From: Vitrella brassicaformis CCMP3155
Lineage: Eukaryota; Protista; Chromerida
Direction of reading: 5' to 3'
DNA: 64,000 bases
NCBI GenBank assembly: GCA_001179505.1
Contig: CDMY01000791.1
Span: 1-64,000 of the forward strand
The notes below the pieces were generated by a model. The model had not been told where the DNA came from. It searched no databases and saw only the letters and a list, made by a program, of their open reading frames with translations. Below, in pieces: positions 9,664 through 22,165 of this stretch (position 1 is the first letter of the stretch; every line of letters starts with the position of its first letter). Made by a program: the position numbers and the translations under genes.

Positions 9664-10006
9664 CCCCCTCTTCTGTCTTCGCGAAAGCAACTGGGCAACG
9701 TGTGCCTGACGAAAGCATACAACACCTGCTGCTCGGTCCTCTTGAAGCCCAGCTGACAAGTGCCCCCTTCCTTGTCATTCAGGCTGGCTGCCACCATCAG
9801 CCATTGATGAGCCTTGCTGAGATCAGAGAGGACTGCCACACAGTGTGCATCATCGTGCAGTGCACTTTGCAATGCTACAATCATCCTCGTCTTTGTTTTT
9901 GTCTTTCTTGCCCAGGTACTTCATACATACGTGTGCCCATTCAGGTCAGTCAAAGGCTCATAGCGACGCTTCAGCAAGCCTTAGTTCAGTGCAAACGTTT
10001 TGTGTA

Positions 10007-13000
10007 TCAGTCTGTTGGTGTGGGATTCCACCCTGCTGGCTTGTTCTGAAGGTATGTACTCACCAGCCTCCTGTGTTTGTCCGTTGTCAGTGGTTTTGTG
10101 AAGATATCAGCAATGTTCAGTTCTGTTCTGACATGCGAGGCCTTCACTTCGCCTTTGCAGACCATGGTCCTCACATTGTGGTAGGCAGAGCGTATCGCCT
10201 TTGTCTTGTCATTGACGACATAGTTGCTTGCTGTGTGTCTTGCGCTGTCAGCGTCTGTGCGAATGTGTACGCTCGCAACGTGCCCAAACTCACTCGCTAG
10301 TCCGCATATGTGCACCAATTCGTCACAGCATCGACTCATCTCAACGTATTCAGCATCATGTGTGCTTCCTGTGACACAGCGCTGGTTTTTGCATCGCCAT
10401 GTGACCGGATTGCCATTGAGGAATATGATGTATCCACCTGTCGATTTGCCATTCTCTTGATCGAGATGGCTGGCATCGGTCATTGCGAGGAGGTGCAGAT
10501 CATCATGTTGGTCTTTGCGGAAAGTGATGCCTTGTTGTTTTGTGCCTTCCAGGTACTTGAGTATGTGCTTGACGGCATTCCAGTGTGCTGGCCCTGGATT
10601 TTGGCTGTGCATTGCGACTTCTTTCGTCGCATACGCAATGTCGGGTCTCAAGCATTGTCGACAGATACATCAGATTGCCAACTGCATTTCGGTAAGGTAC
10701 GTTGGTCATCGCAGCTTTTTCTCTGTCTGTCCTTGGCTGCATGGAGCTCCTGAGTTTGATGCTTGTTCTGGCAGGTGTGTCAGTCGCATTGGCTTGATCG
10801 ATGTGGTATTTTGAGAGTATCTGACTGACATACTCACTCTGCGACAGGTTCAGTGTGCCAGCGACCATGTCTCGCCATTCCGATGAAGCGCTTTGCGAAA
10901 CCAAGGTCTTTGATTTCAAACTTCTCTTTCATTATTGCTTTGAACCAACTTGCCGATTCATCGTGCCCTTTTGCAGGTGCATAGAGGATGTCATCGACAA
11001 TCACGCCAACCCAGAGTTGCTTCTCGTCATGGAAGTAGAGACAGGGATCAACCTTTGATCGACGGAAGCCGTGTTCTGTCAGGTGTTTGTGCAGCGTGTC
11101 ATTCCATGCTCTTGGCGCTTCTTTGAGTCCATACAGGGCTTTCTTGAGGCGAATGCATTTGCCTGGTCGCTCGTAGCCCTTTGGACATTCCATGTATATC
11201 TCGTTGTCGAGCGGTGAGTATAGGAAGGCCGTGTTGACGTCCATCTGATAGATGTCTCTGTCTTGTTTGTTCGCCATGGCCAGGAAAACTTTGACCGCTG
11301 CCTGAGACATAACAGGAGAGAAAGTTTCGCCAACGTCAAAGGGGTCTTGTGCGAATCCTGATCACGAGTCGCGATTTGAACCGTCCATCCGATTTGATGC
11401 GGTACACCCATTTGTTGGGCATGATTTGCTTTCTGACCGTCTCGATATCAACGAATTCGAATACATCCAGGTCTGCCATCGATTGCATTTCTTTGTCCAT
11501 CGATAATCGCCAACGTGGGTCTCTCTGTGCCTGCCCGTAGGTCTGTGGTTCGTCTTTTTCTGCACAGGCACCGCAATAGATGGCGTCTTCGAGCAATTCG
11601 TCGAACATTTGTTCGTCTTGTTCGGTAGGAAAGAATTCCTTGCGCAATGCATCGAAGAACGAGTTGTCTTCTGGTTGTGTGTCCTCCATGTATTCTTCAG
11701 TGCATGTTGCTGCTATTCGCGTGTCTCTGTGTGTCGTCTTTGCTGTGGGTATACGACCGACTCTCGGTTCGTCAGTTTGGAAGTGTTTCTTGCAGACATC
11801 ACAGATGTGGTTGCTGTGAGGTTGCCACAAATCGATGGTCCACGTGCCCTTGCGTACGAATCGCTTGTCGTTTTCTGACTCGAAGTGGATCGATCGGCAA
11901 TGAGGACAAATGATATCGGTAACGTAGAATTGATCAACGTTGAACGCATTTCTTGTCGCTTCGTTTGTCGTTGCGTATGTTTGTGTCTCTGCTTCATTCG
12001 GATCATCGACGACTGATAGTGCCCAATAGTCTTGGAATCGACTTGGGTATTTCTTCTCGCGTGTGGATCGGCGCAAAACAGGTATTGGCGCATTGTCTGG
12101 CATTGGCACTGCATCGCCGCCATGTATGTGCGCTCCATTGTGACCATTTGCGTTGTTCTCACCCCCTCCAATCAGGTTGTTCGTTGGGTCAACATCCATC
12201 TGATCGTTGTCTTCCTGCATGGATTGATCATCGTCACCCATCGCATCATTCTCTTCCTCTTCTTCCTCGTCTGACGAGTCGGAAGGGAAGGCGTCCGGTG
12301 GTGGAATCGGTTTGATCGGTACGCCCACTTGAGGCATCAACTCATCGTTGTCGACAGATGTTCCTTTGCTTTGACAGCCAATGTCGTCGAGTGTGAGTTG
12401 TTGTGATGGATGTAGGAACTCATGTTCGAAGAAACGGACGTCATTGCTGACAATGATGCGCCAACCTTGCGTCTTGTGTTTGACGCGTATGATATATCCA
12501 TTCTTCATATTCGGGTGGTACCCAACGAAGATGCCTCTCACTCCTGGTCCTGACAACTTGCTGATGCGTTGGCTCTTCGGTAGGTAGACAACTGCTTTGC
12601 ATCCAAACACACGAAGATGACTGAGGTCGGGCTTCTGTTTGTATCTCATTTGGAATGGTGTCTTCTGCTGGGGATTGGCCCTTGTGGGCAGCCGATTGTG
12701 TAGGTACACTGCGGTGTCGATTGCATATTGCCAATAGGCGAGCGGCAAGTTCGCATGTGCCATCATGGCTGTGCCCATTTCTCTGAGAGTCCGATTCATC
12801 CTCTCGGCTTTGCCATTTTGACGGGGATCGCGAGGTGCTGAGATCTCATGTTTTATGTTGTGTCTCGCCAGCTGACTGACGACTTTACACCAATTAGCTC
12901 TCCTCCGCCGTCTGTGCGTATGATTTCAGGTACGCCGACCGTGTTGAGGAACGATTCCAGCGCTTTTGGAGCGTCTGATTTCTTGTGGAGGAAGGCAAGG

Positions 13001-15956
13001 TACGTGTAGTTTGTGTACTCATCGACGAATGTCATGAAGTACTTCTTCCTCTGCTGGACGCTTTCAGGAAAGGGCTCTCCACATATATCTGAGTGGATGC
13101 GACCCAGCCATTTGATGGCTCTATTGGCAGTATCATCGTCTTTGTCTTTCCGAGCTCCGTGTGGCCGCTTGGTTATCTTTGCGATTGCACAATCCTCGCA
13201 GTCACACTTATGTATCGGAAACCGCAGTTTGCCTTGCAGTGTTTTCTCGAAGTTGCAAAAGCACCGAGTCAAACGCATTACGGACTTTGCGCTGCGATGC
13301 GCAGTTCTGTAATGAGCAAGCCAGTATGCCGCATTCTGACTGCTCGACCGGACTTCTGTCGGTTTCGACAGGAATGCACTGGGAATATCACCATCACATG
13401 TCTCCATTGTGTGTGGCTCCTTGTCCACTTGTAGGTTATCTTGTGGATCGAACGACATTGTGTGATGTCCCGAATGCTGCCCACGACCAAGACATTTCCG
13501 TTTGGCATCCGATGCATCAGTTGGTGGGTGGAATGAAGGTAGCTGTGCATCCATGCATTCGTTTCTGTTGAATCTGCCTGTCCCTTGACTCTTTACGTCA
13601 GCTGTGCCCTGTTTGTTTGTCTTCCTGCGTTTCGGTCCGTGTGTCTCAGATGCACCCAGCCGATCATGCGTATTGCACCAGTGTGTGTGCGCATGGGATT
13701 CTTGTTGGCTTGTATATGTTCGTATCAACTCATCCCAGCACTCATCATTCGCTCTTTGATCGTAGTAGTCTTGTAGGTCTTTGTCGGTCAAATTCCCTCC
13801 GACTGGCTCAAAATCAATTATATATAGGTCCTTTTTGGACTCAGCAACATAGGTCCTATTCGGACTTAGAATCAAACATTTCTCATCGTCAAATACTGCC
13901 TTGCAACCCAGTTTGGTGAGTGCTTTGACTCCCATGAGGTTGACTCGAAACTGCGGGACTAGTAGCGAATTGGGTAGTAGCACGTGATGCCCCTGCAGTC
14001 TGACTCGGGCCGTTCCCGTTGCTGTTACTGGGAGGATGTGTCCACTGGCCACCATGAGTCTGGGGGGTATTCTTGACCGAATCCAACCTGCAGAAACACT
14101 CAACAGAGTTGAAGATGATACCATGCAACCAGAGTCAATCAGTGCTTCGTGCGGTCGCAACACGGAGCTGACTAAGTCAACCAACTCTATGGTGACTAGA
14201 CACTGGCTGAATGAGCTTGTCTCTGGCTCAATCAGGGGCTCAACAGGAAGTTTCGTCCAGTTGAGTGGGTAAGATTCATCTGAGATGTAACCTCTCTCTG
14301 TGACAGATTCGTGTGTCTTGTCTGCAACTCTCATCGCCAGCCTTGCTTTTGCTGTGTTTGCTTCTGTTCTTTTGGCTGTTGCAGCTGTCGCAGCTACCAG
14401 GGCAAGTAAGTTGAAGAGAAGCAGCAAGTACAGGCAGATGACTTCAAGTATGCTTGCTGTACTGCCTGCTGCTTTCTTCCCTGTTCTGTCTATGCAGCCC
14501 TGAGACATGGTAGCTATCCGGCCTTGCTTGCTGTTGCTCTCATGCAACTTACGTACCGTGGGCATGCCGTACTGTACGGTCATGGCGTTGAAACCTCTTC
14601 CTCTTCCTCTTCCGCGACCTCGGCTGCGAGGAAGAGAAGCAGCAAGTACAGGCAGATGACTTCAAGTATGCTTGCTGTACTGCCTGCTGCTTTCTTCCCT
14701 GTTCTGTCTATGCAGCCCTGAGACATGGTAGCTATCCGGCCTCGCTTGCTGTTGCTCTCATGCAACTTACGTACCGTGGGCATGCCGTACTGTACGGTCA
14801 TGGCGTTGAAACCTCATCCTCTTCCTCTTCCGCGACCTCGGCCGCGACCTCTGCCTCCTCGACTGTAACCGCGACCGCGTCCTCTCTGGACGTCGTCAGT
14901 GATTCCGAGTGCTTGTTGTTCCTGTCTCATTGCAATCTGTATTGAGTCAAAGTGCTGTCCATTGTCATTCAGGCCACTTTGCTGTCTTATGTGTACCTGG
15001 ACCGGACAGCACCACCAGCCTTTCCTGTGGCCGTATCGCCCACGGTCGAAGCAGTATCCTTGGAAGTTTCGCTTTTGGCTCGGTCCTTCCTGCTGGTACT
15101 CACCCTGACTGCCAAACGTGGTACTCGGCTAGCCACCAAGTGTGCTGTTCGGTTGACTGCCACCGTATGCATTGCTGGGTTGGCTGCCGCCGTACATACT
15201 GCTCGGTTGGCTGCCGCCGTACATGTTGTTGGGCTGGCCGAGCTGCATTTTCTTCATGTAGGTGTTGCCACCATTGCCGAACACCGACGCGCCCGCAAGA
15301 CCGAAGGCCTCGCTCGTTTTGTTGTTCTGCGAGGCTTCCCAGCGGATGACTTGTTGGCGTACTGCACCAAACGTCGCAGGTGGGTGTAGGGCAAGGTCTT
15401 GGTACAGAGTGAAGTATTGGAGGCCGGCCTGCTGCAGGGCCTGTTGGAATCTTAGGATCTTGTCCTATTCCTTGAGCTCCCCTCTATCTCCACTAGCTTG
15501 TTTTGACGACTCGTTCGCCTGATCCACAACCCGATCGAGGTATTCCATATTCCTGCCAAGTGGCAGATCTTTTCTGATCGTGAAGTCGTCGAATTGTCGC
15601 CGTGTGTCGGTGGAGATCGCCTCGATCTGCTGTTGGTATTTGGCTTTGCACGCCCACCACATGGGCAGCCCGTCGCCTCTGCCCTCGTTTTCGTCGTCAG
15701 CCGTTTGGCACGCCATCATTATCGCGGAACACTTGCCGAAAGTGCGGCTGAGGGCTTGTGCGAAGATGTTCCCCTTCTTCTTCTCGGCCGGAGTCAAGTT
15801 ATTTCAGTCCTTGTCGCGCTCCTCCTCCTTGAGAAGTGCCGTGAGGTTCTCGCCCTGATAGTTGATGAGGGCATTCTTCAGCTGGAACTCATGTTGGTTG
15901 AAGAGCGTGATGCTGCTATCGAAGACGGGTATGTAGTCGGACTTGTGCGCTGCCAT
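10007..15956 (-). pseudogene. Disrupted gag-pol of the copia element
   Basis: Split over ORFs 15465-15797, 12853-14583, 11336-12799, 10834-11310 and 10007-10651 by in-frame stops and frameshifts. Contains a degenerate zinc knuckle, RG-rich and YGGSQP repeats in gag, and a 218-bp tandem duplication near 14413-14842. Confidence 0.88.
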
Positions 15957-16122
15957 TTGTGGTCCTTGGTGCCTTCAGTGGGTGGTGTGGTGTATGGGGC
16001 TGTGTGGGCCACTTGAATTCTCCGACTTCTCGTTGCGGACAGGGAGGGAACCGAAGGGAAAACAAGCCGAAAAACTGCAGTGGGGCCTCAGTTTCCGGAC
16101 TTGGGAACGCTTGCTGCGCCCA

Positions 16123-16239
16123 TGTAGAGGATGGGGGGTGCCTCAGAGGGAGAGAGGAGGACCAAACGACTTGAGGGGAAGGCACACACACGAGAGTCTC
16201 GACCCATGTACCGTGTTTTACACAAAACTCGCTCCAATA
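16123..16239 (-). repeat. 5' LTR (117 bp; begins TA rather than TG)
   Basis: 16123-16215 is identical to 9549-9641. Differences are confined to the last 22-24 bp. Confidence 0.9.
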
Positions 16240-16311
16240 GCAGAGAGGAGAGAGAAACAGATGTGCTCAGCTAAGCTCGCGATCGTGAGCTTTAAAAGGG
16301 GGCTGGGAGAA

Positions 16312-16606
16312 ATGGCCACGACAGCCAGAGCAGAGGCTCCTCAGGGCACGACACCTTCATCGTTTGTGTACTCCCCCGAGTTCAACCAATATCTTTCAAC
16401 CGGGTAAGCGGCACAGAGGAAGTAGACCGCTTTCTCTCTGTCACTGCTTCCTTCCTCTCTGAAGGTTGCCGACGTATGGGGCCTACTTCAGCCAGCCCAA
16501 CCTGCCCCACGACAACACGCTGGACATCCTGCTGTCGACCCCCACGGAGACAATCAAACAGGACCATGACAAGAAGAAGAAGAGATGTTTCTGCTGCCTC
16601 TGGTGA
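16312..16606 (+). CDS. Small 77-aa protein with C-terminal polybasic and Cys cluster, 2 exons (16312-16403, 16465-16606)
   Basis: A phase-2 gtaagc..gaag intron joins the frames to give MATTARAEAP...YLSTGLPTYGAYFSQPNLPHDNTLDILLSTPTETIKQDHDKKKKRCFCCLW*. Confidence 0.6.
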
Positions 16607-16762
16607 CTGACTGACCACCATCCCGACCACCATGTGCAGACGTGAGATGGATTTGCTGCTGGATTTTGTAAGTCGGTGTTTGCTATGACGATTGGTGAAG
16701 GGGGGATGAGTGTGGGGCTGCGCACTGGCAATGACAATGACACTCGTGGCTTGATCGATCGA

Positions 16763-18871
16763 TCACGCTGTCTGGAATATGTTCTGCAGCGTCTTTGCCT
16801 TTACCGCAGACGACACGTCATCCAGCGCCCTCACTTCTGCCTCGCTGAGACGCCAACCAAGTGCCCCTAGATTCTCCTCTGCCTGCAAACAACATACAAC
16901 ACACGCATGACCCCATTCCTAAGTCTGTACGCGTGGAGACATTGGACGTCGATCTATAGAGTACACCTGTTTTGCTGTCTTGACACCCACGAGCGGCACC
17001 GCGCCTTTCGCAAGACACCAATTCAACGCCACCTGCACTCACACACACAGGGACGCACACGGCAATAAACGCACACAGACGTGTGATTGATGGATTGCTT
17101 GACGAATTGATGCGTGTCTCCCTCCCTCCCTCCCTCCCCACCTGCCCGACTGTTTTGCTCCTCTCGTTGGCCACTTCCCTCAGCGTCTGTATCAGGGGGC
17201 CCACCTTGGGCAGCAGCTGACGAAACAACACTCCACGGGCACCCCTGAACAATACCAAACAGCCAAACGACCAACCAACACGACACAAGGGAGGACATCG
17301 TCCACGTCTGTCTCTGTAGTCTTCAGCGTGTTGTTTTGCTCACTTGGGCATGTTGTCAGCGTCGTATTTGCCCGATAGCAGCCCGAGACAGAGCGGGGAG
17401 TAGCCGATGAGCACCACGCCGTTCTCACGGCAGGTGTCCAGCAGGCCGCTCTCCAGTGGGACACGACTCAGCAAAGACAACTGCACCTGCACGTATACAG
17501 CCAGCCAGCCAGCCAGCCAGACAGACAGGAGGGAGGCAGGGAGGCGCAAGCGTGAGCGCGATACTGTGCGGCGAGGTTACTGTGTGGTGGGACTGCGCCC
17601 ACTTGGTTCGATGCGAGAGTCAGTCCTCTTGCCTTGAGCTGCCGCACCACTCCTTGGAGCTTCACCGGCCCATAGTTGCTCACACCAATCGCCCGCGCCT
17701 GCCAGGCACGGAAGTTCAATCACATGGACGCTCAGATGCACTCTGTCTGTGTGTCGGAACGTACCATGCCCCTGTCGACGCAGTCTGCGAGGCCATCGAT
17801 GTAGGCGTCCTCCTGCCAGCCTAGCGGGGGAGACCAGTGCAGCTGGGCAACATCCAGACACGGCTGATGATACCAACACAAAACACATTGCATGTCCGTA
17901 AAATACCATCCGTGCTCCCACCGGCGGCCTCACCCACTCACCCGCTGGAGCCTCTCGAGGGTCTCTCTGCACGCCTGCACGATGGAGCCACGGCCAACGC
18001 GCCAGGGGTAGGGGGCGAACTTCGTCGCCACACGAATGTCATCTCTCGGACCCCCCTTGTAAGACCTGACCACACACCACACTCACACAGACCACAGGAA
18101 GCACACGTGAGATGCATCCAGCACGTGTAATTGTGCGAGTGTGGCCGCTGGCAGTACTGGATAAACTTCCCCAAGAGGATCTCGCTTCGCCCAGCCAGCT
18201 CTCCCGTGCCGTAGCTATCGGCAGAATCGAACCAGTTCAGGCCATGTTCCACGCAGTAGTTGAACGCCGCTTGGAGCTCAGCATCTCTCGCCGGGTCGTA
18301 ATCCCACAGAAACTTGTTGCCCCATGCCCACGTGCCAATGCCCATCGGAGCGACAGACAGGCCTCCCAAAGTGACGTAGTCGCCCTGTGGAATCCTCTCA
18401 GGACCAAGACCGGCAGCATCAGCAGGAGGTGGCCTTCCAACCGCCTGTGCAGATGGCACAGCGGCCGTGCACGCGGCGACCAAAGCCGCTGATGGAAGCA
18501 GCAGTGACTCGCCGATGTGGTCACGCCTCGACGGTGAAAGGGACAATGGACCGTTGTGGTCAGATGGCGTTGCGGCTGCCGCAGTCAGGTGTCGTCGTCT
18601 CTTCGTGTGCAGACCATTGATGCAGGGGTGGCGTTGAGTTATGAATTGAAGGCGACCTGAAACATCACACGCACAGCAAAGTAGAAGTGCGGATGAGTGT
18701 GGGAAACGGCACCATTCATCCATCCCAATGCTCACCTGAGCAGATGCTGCGGAGAGGCGTCGACGCAGGTGGAGGGAAGATCCTCGCCTCTGGAGCAGGT
18801 GCAGCGTCACTCCCAGGACAGACGAAGGCCAGCAGCCACTCACACACAACGCCGATGAGTGCAGGCATCAT
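16763..18871 (-). CDS. Aldo-keto reductase (pyridoxal reductase-like), probably plastid-targeted
   Basis: Motifs MGIGTWAWGN, WFDSADSYGTG, KFAPYPWR, AIGVSNYG, NQVQLSLL, IGYSPLCLGLLSGKY and LGWRLS, ending NIFQTA*. The long N-terminal extension resembles a signal plus transit peptide. Confidence 0.85.
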
Positions 18872-18887
18872 TCATGAGCAGTAATGA

Positions 18888-19709
<822 letters not shown>

Positions 19710-21263
19710 GGCGGGTGGGAGAGGGACAGACTGACGGCGGACAGACAAAGAGAGAGAGAGAGGCCGACTGGTTGGGTTGGGTTGGTTGGTTCTTTGCTTG
19801 TTAGGCCGTGTGGATGAGTGCGTGGCGTGGCGTGCATCGGTTTTGGTGCGGGGTGGGTGGGTGGGTGGGTGAGGGATGGGCTGGTGAGTGGGGGTGAGTG
19901 GGTGTCGTGTCAGCCGCTATGTAAGAAAGAGGGACAGTACAGTGAGAGCGTTGGTTGGCATTTTTGCACCACCATTCGTGTGTACGGGACGGGCCACTTG
20001 GAGGGGGGTGGTGTGGGTGCTGATGATAGATGTTTGTTGTTCTTTTCAGTCAGTCATTATGTGTAAGTGTATTGCGTATGTATACATACATATCACTGGC
20101 ATACACATCACTGGCGAGAGAGAGACATGCCCTGCCCACATTGCATGGCGTTGCACGTGAGTGACTGGCTGCATGCCACAAATTGGACATTGACTGCCAC
20201 GGTTGGTTGGTTGAAGACACGTGCCATTTGATGAATCCACAGGACCGTGCCGTCCGTCGATCCGTTCGTTTGTGCGTCCCTCACTAACGCAGGCAGGCAG
20301 GCAGGCAACCATGCCCTCACTTGGCAAATACGCATACGCATACAAGCACACGAGAGACACTCGCACAGACAAGGAGGCTCGAAGGAAAGAGGGAGAGACA
20401 CAGCGAGCGGCACACCGCCACCACACAGCACACACCCACACAGCGCCATGTATCAGAATCAGCACACAGGCAGGCCGGCAGGTCGTGTGCACGGGGAAGG
20501 GCGAAGTGGTACGGTCCTACGGAGGCCGGGATGCGGGCAATCTTGACGTTAAAGGCCTGCACGACCAGACAGACAGACAGATCGATCCACACCCTGGTGT
20601 GTGTATGACTGAATGTAATGTTGGTCTCAGTAATTAATTTGCCCCTCAGGCGTTCCTGTATGTCATGGTTGAGGTTGTTCCACGCCTCGGCTTCCTCGGT
20701 ATGTATGGTAAGTGTATTCCTCGCCACGCAGTCAGTGATGATGGGAGGCGATGAGAAGAGCCCCGGCAGTGAGAAGGAGGAGGGCACTCGAGACTCTCCT
20801 GCAATATTCACCCCACGCTGCCCGAACCATTCACAAGACCTACATGGGCAGGAAGACAGACATCGAGAGAGACACGTGTGGCCAGCGTGTTGTGTATGCG
20901 CCGCGTTTGATTGTACGCACACCCACTCGGTGCACCCATCCACTATGTGTGCGTGCGATGCCACACGCGTAGGGTTGTGACTAAGCCAAGGTGCGGTATG
21001 TGCCGCAAGAGTGTCAGGAGGCGTGTGTCGCCGCCCCTTGCTTGTGAAGAGACAGACAGACAGACCAGGACTGAACGAATGGATGCGCATGCATCATGTG
21101 TGGGTATGTGTGGTTACCGTGTGTGGCGGATGGGTGGAATCTTACGTACACGGATGCAGTTTTTGTATAGTATAGAGCGACAAGTATTGACTTTTATGTA
21201 TCAACGAGCGTCTCATTGTCGCTGTCGATGGATGCTAGTAATACTTGCTTTTGGGCTATGAGG

Positions 21264-22165
21264 CTATGACGAGCTTTCCGGCTGGTGTTCGGCGCAGACG
21301 ACATAATCAAACCCAAACGAGTGCTTCTGGTCGTTGCTGTAAAGCTCTCGTGTCTCTTGGGACAATTGGTCGAGATACTTCGCCATTTTATCGGCCAGTT
21401 GCGTATCGAGAAAGAAGGGCAATTTGTCCCTCAGCACTTGGATCTACAACCAAAGTCAAGAAGAAAGTGGAGAATTTGCCATGAGCTAACTTGAAGACGA
21501 ACCTGACGCTCGACTTGTCGAGCCGAATAGAAATTGGGCCATTGTTTGCTCGCGTCAATACGACATTTGACCTTTTGTAGTTGCCGATGAACCCAATCCT
21601 GCGGATACTCACGGTAGCATCGATGGCCAGCGAGAAGAATACACGCATCTCGGACTCTCGCAACTTGTTGGAGGAGCTCGGTCGCCTTGGATGTCGCCTC
21701 GCTGTTCGAGAACGGTTCAAGTCCGACAATGTACAGCCATCCGCGCGGCTTGAGGTGCTGAACGAGGCGAGATAAGATTCGATCTTGAAAATAAGGTGCG
21801 AATCCGTCGCCGTCGATTGCCCCGATGAGGTAGTCGGCGACAATGACATCGGCTTGAAAGTTGCTGAGAAATGTCGAATCGGCCCAATTCCCAGTGAGTA
21901 TCTCATCTTGGGGCCGCAGCTTATCCTTGAATTGTTGCCGTAAGGGCTCGGCCTCACTGTCACTCCCTGTGACGGCGACAAGCTTCGTAGTTTTCTTCTG
22001 CTGCGCCACAAGCCACGTCAGAGATTGCAGCCCAGTGCCAGCGTCAAGAACTACTCCCCAGCTTGCTGCATCCGAGCGGCCGCGTTGTTTAAGTGACGTG
22101 TCTAGATGCTGAGCAATGAATTGGAGCAAGAGATCCCCCGGCTCTTGTGAAGACGATGCTGTGTT
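21264..22165 (-). CDS. Class I SAM-dependent methyltransferase; further 5' exons probably extend to about 22400-23450
   Basis: VVLDAGTG motif I, ADVIVADYLIGAIDG, LKPRGWLYIVGLEP and HRCYREYP. The final exon is IQVLRDKLP...FGFDYVVCAEHQPESSS*. Confidence 0.8.

Larger units (their letters stand above)
9549..16239 (-). mobile_element. Full-length but decayed Ty1/copia LTR retrotransposon
   Basis: LTRs at 9549-9663 and 16123-16239. The 5-bp target-site duplication GCAGA is at 9544-9548 and 16240-16244. A polypurine tract lies next to the 3' LTR. Domain order is gag, protease (LIDSG), integrase (IHSDICG, RTDGGGE, QNGKAERMNRTL), RT (QMDVNTAFL, LYGLKEAPRAW, IVDD) and RNase H (TDAS, HDAEY), which is the copia order. 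Confidence 0.95.

Noticed and set aside
9702-14945. Numerous plus-strand ORFs over the retrotransposon
   Set aside because: They are antisense shadows of gag-pol with no independent motifs.
19900-21130. Minus-strand exon-like stretches (e.g. EEAEAWNNLNHDIQERLRGKLITETN)
   Set aside because: I could not assemble a consistent start, splice path and stop, and there is no recognisable domain.
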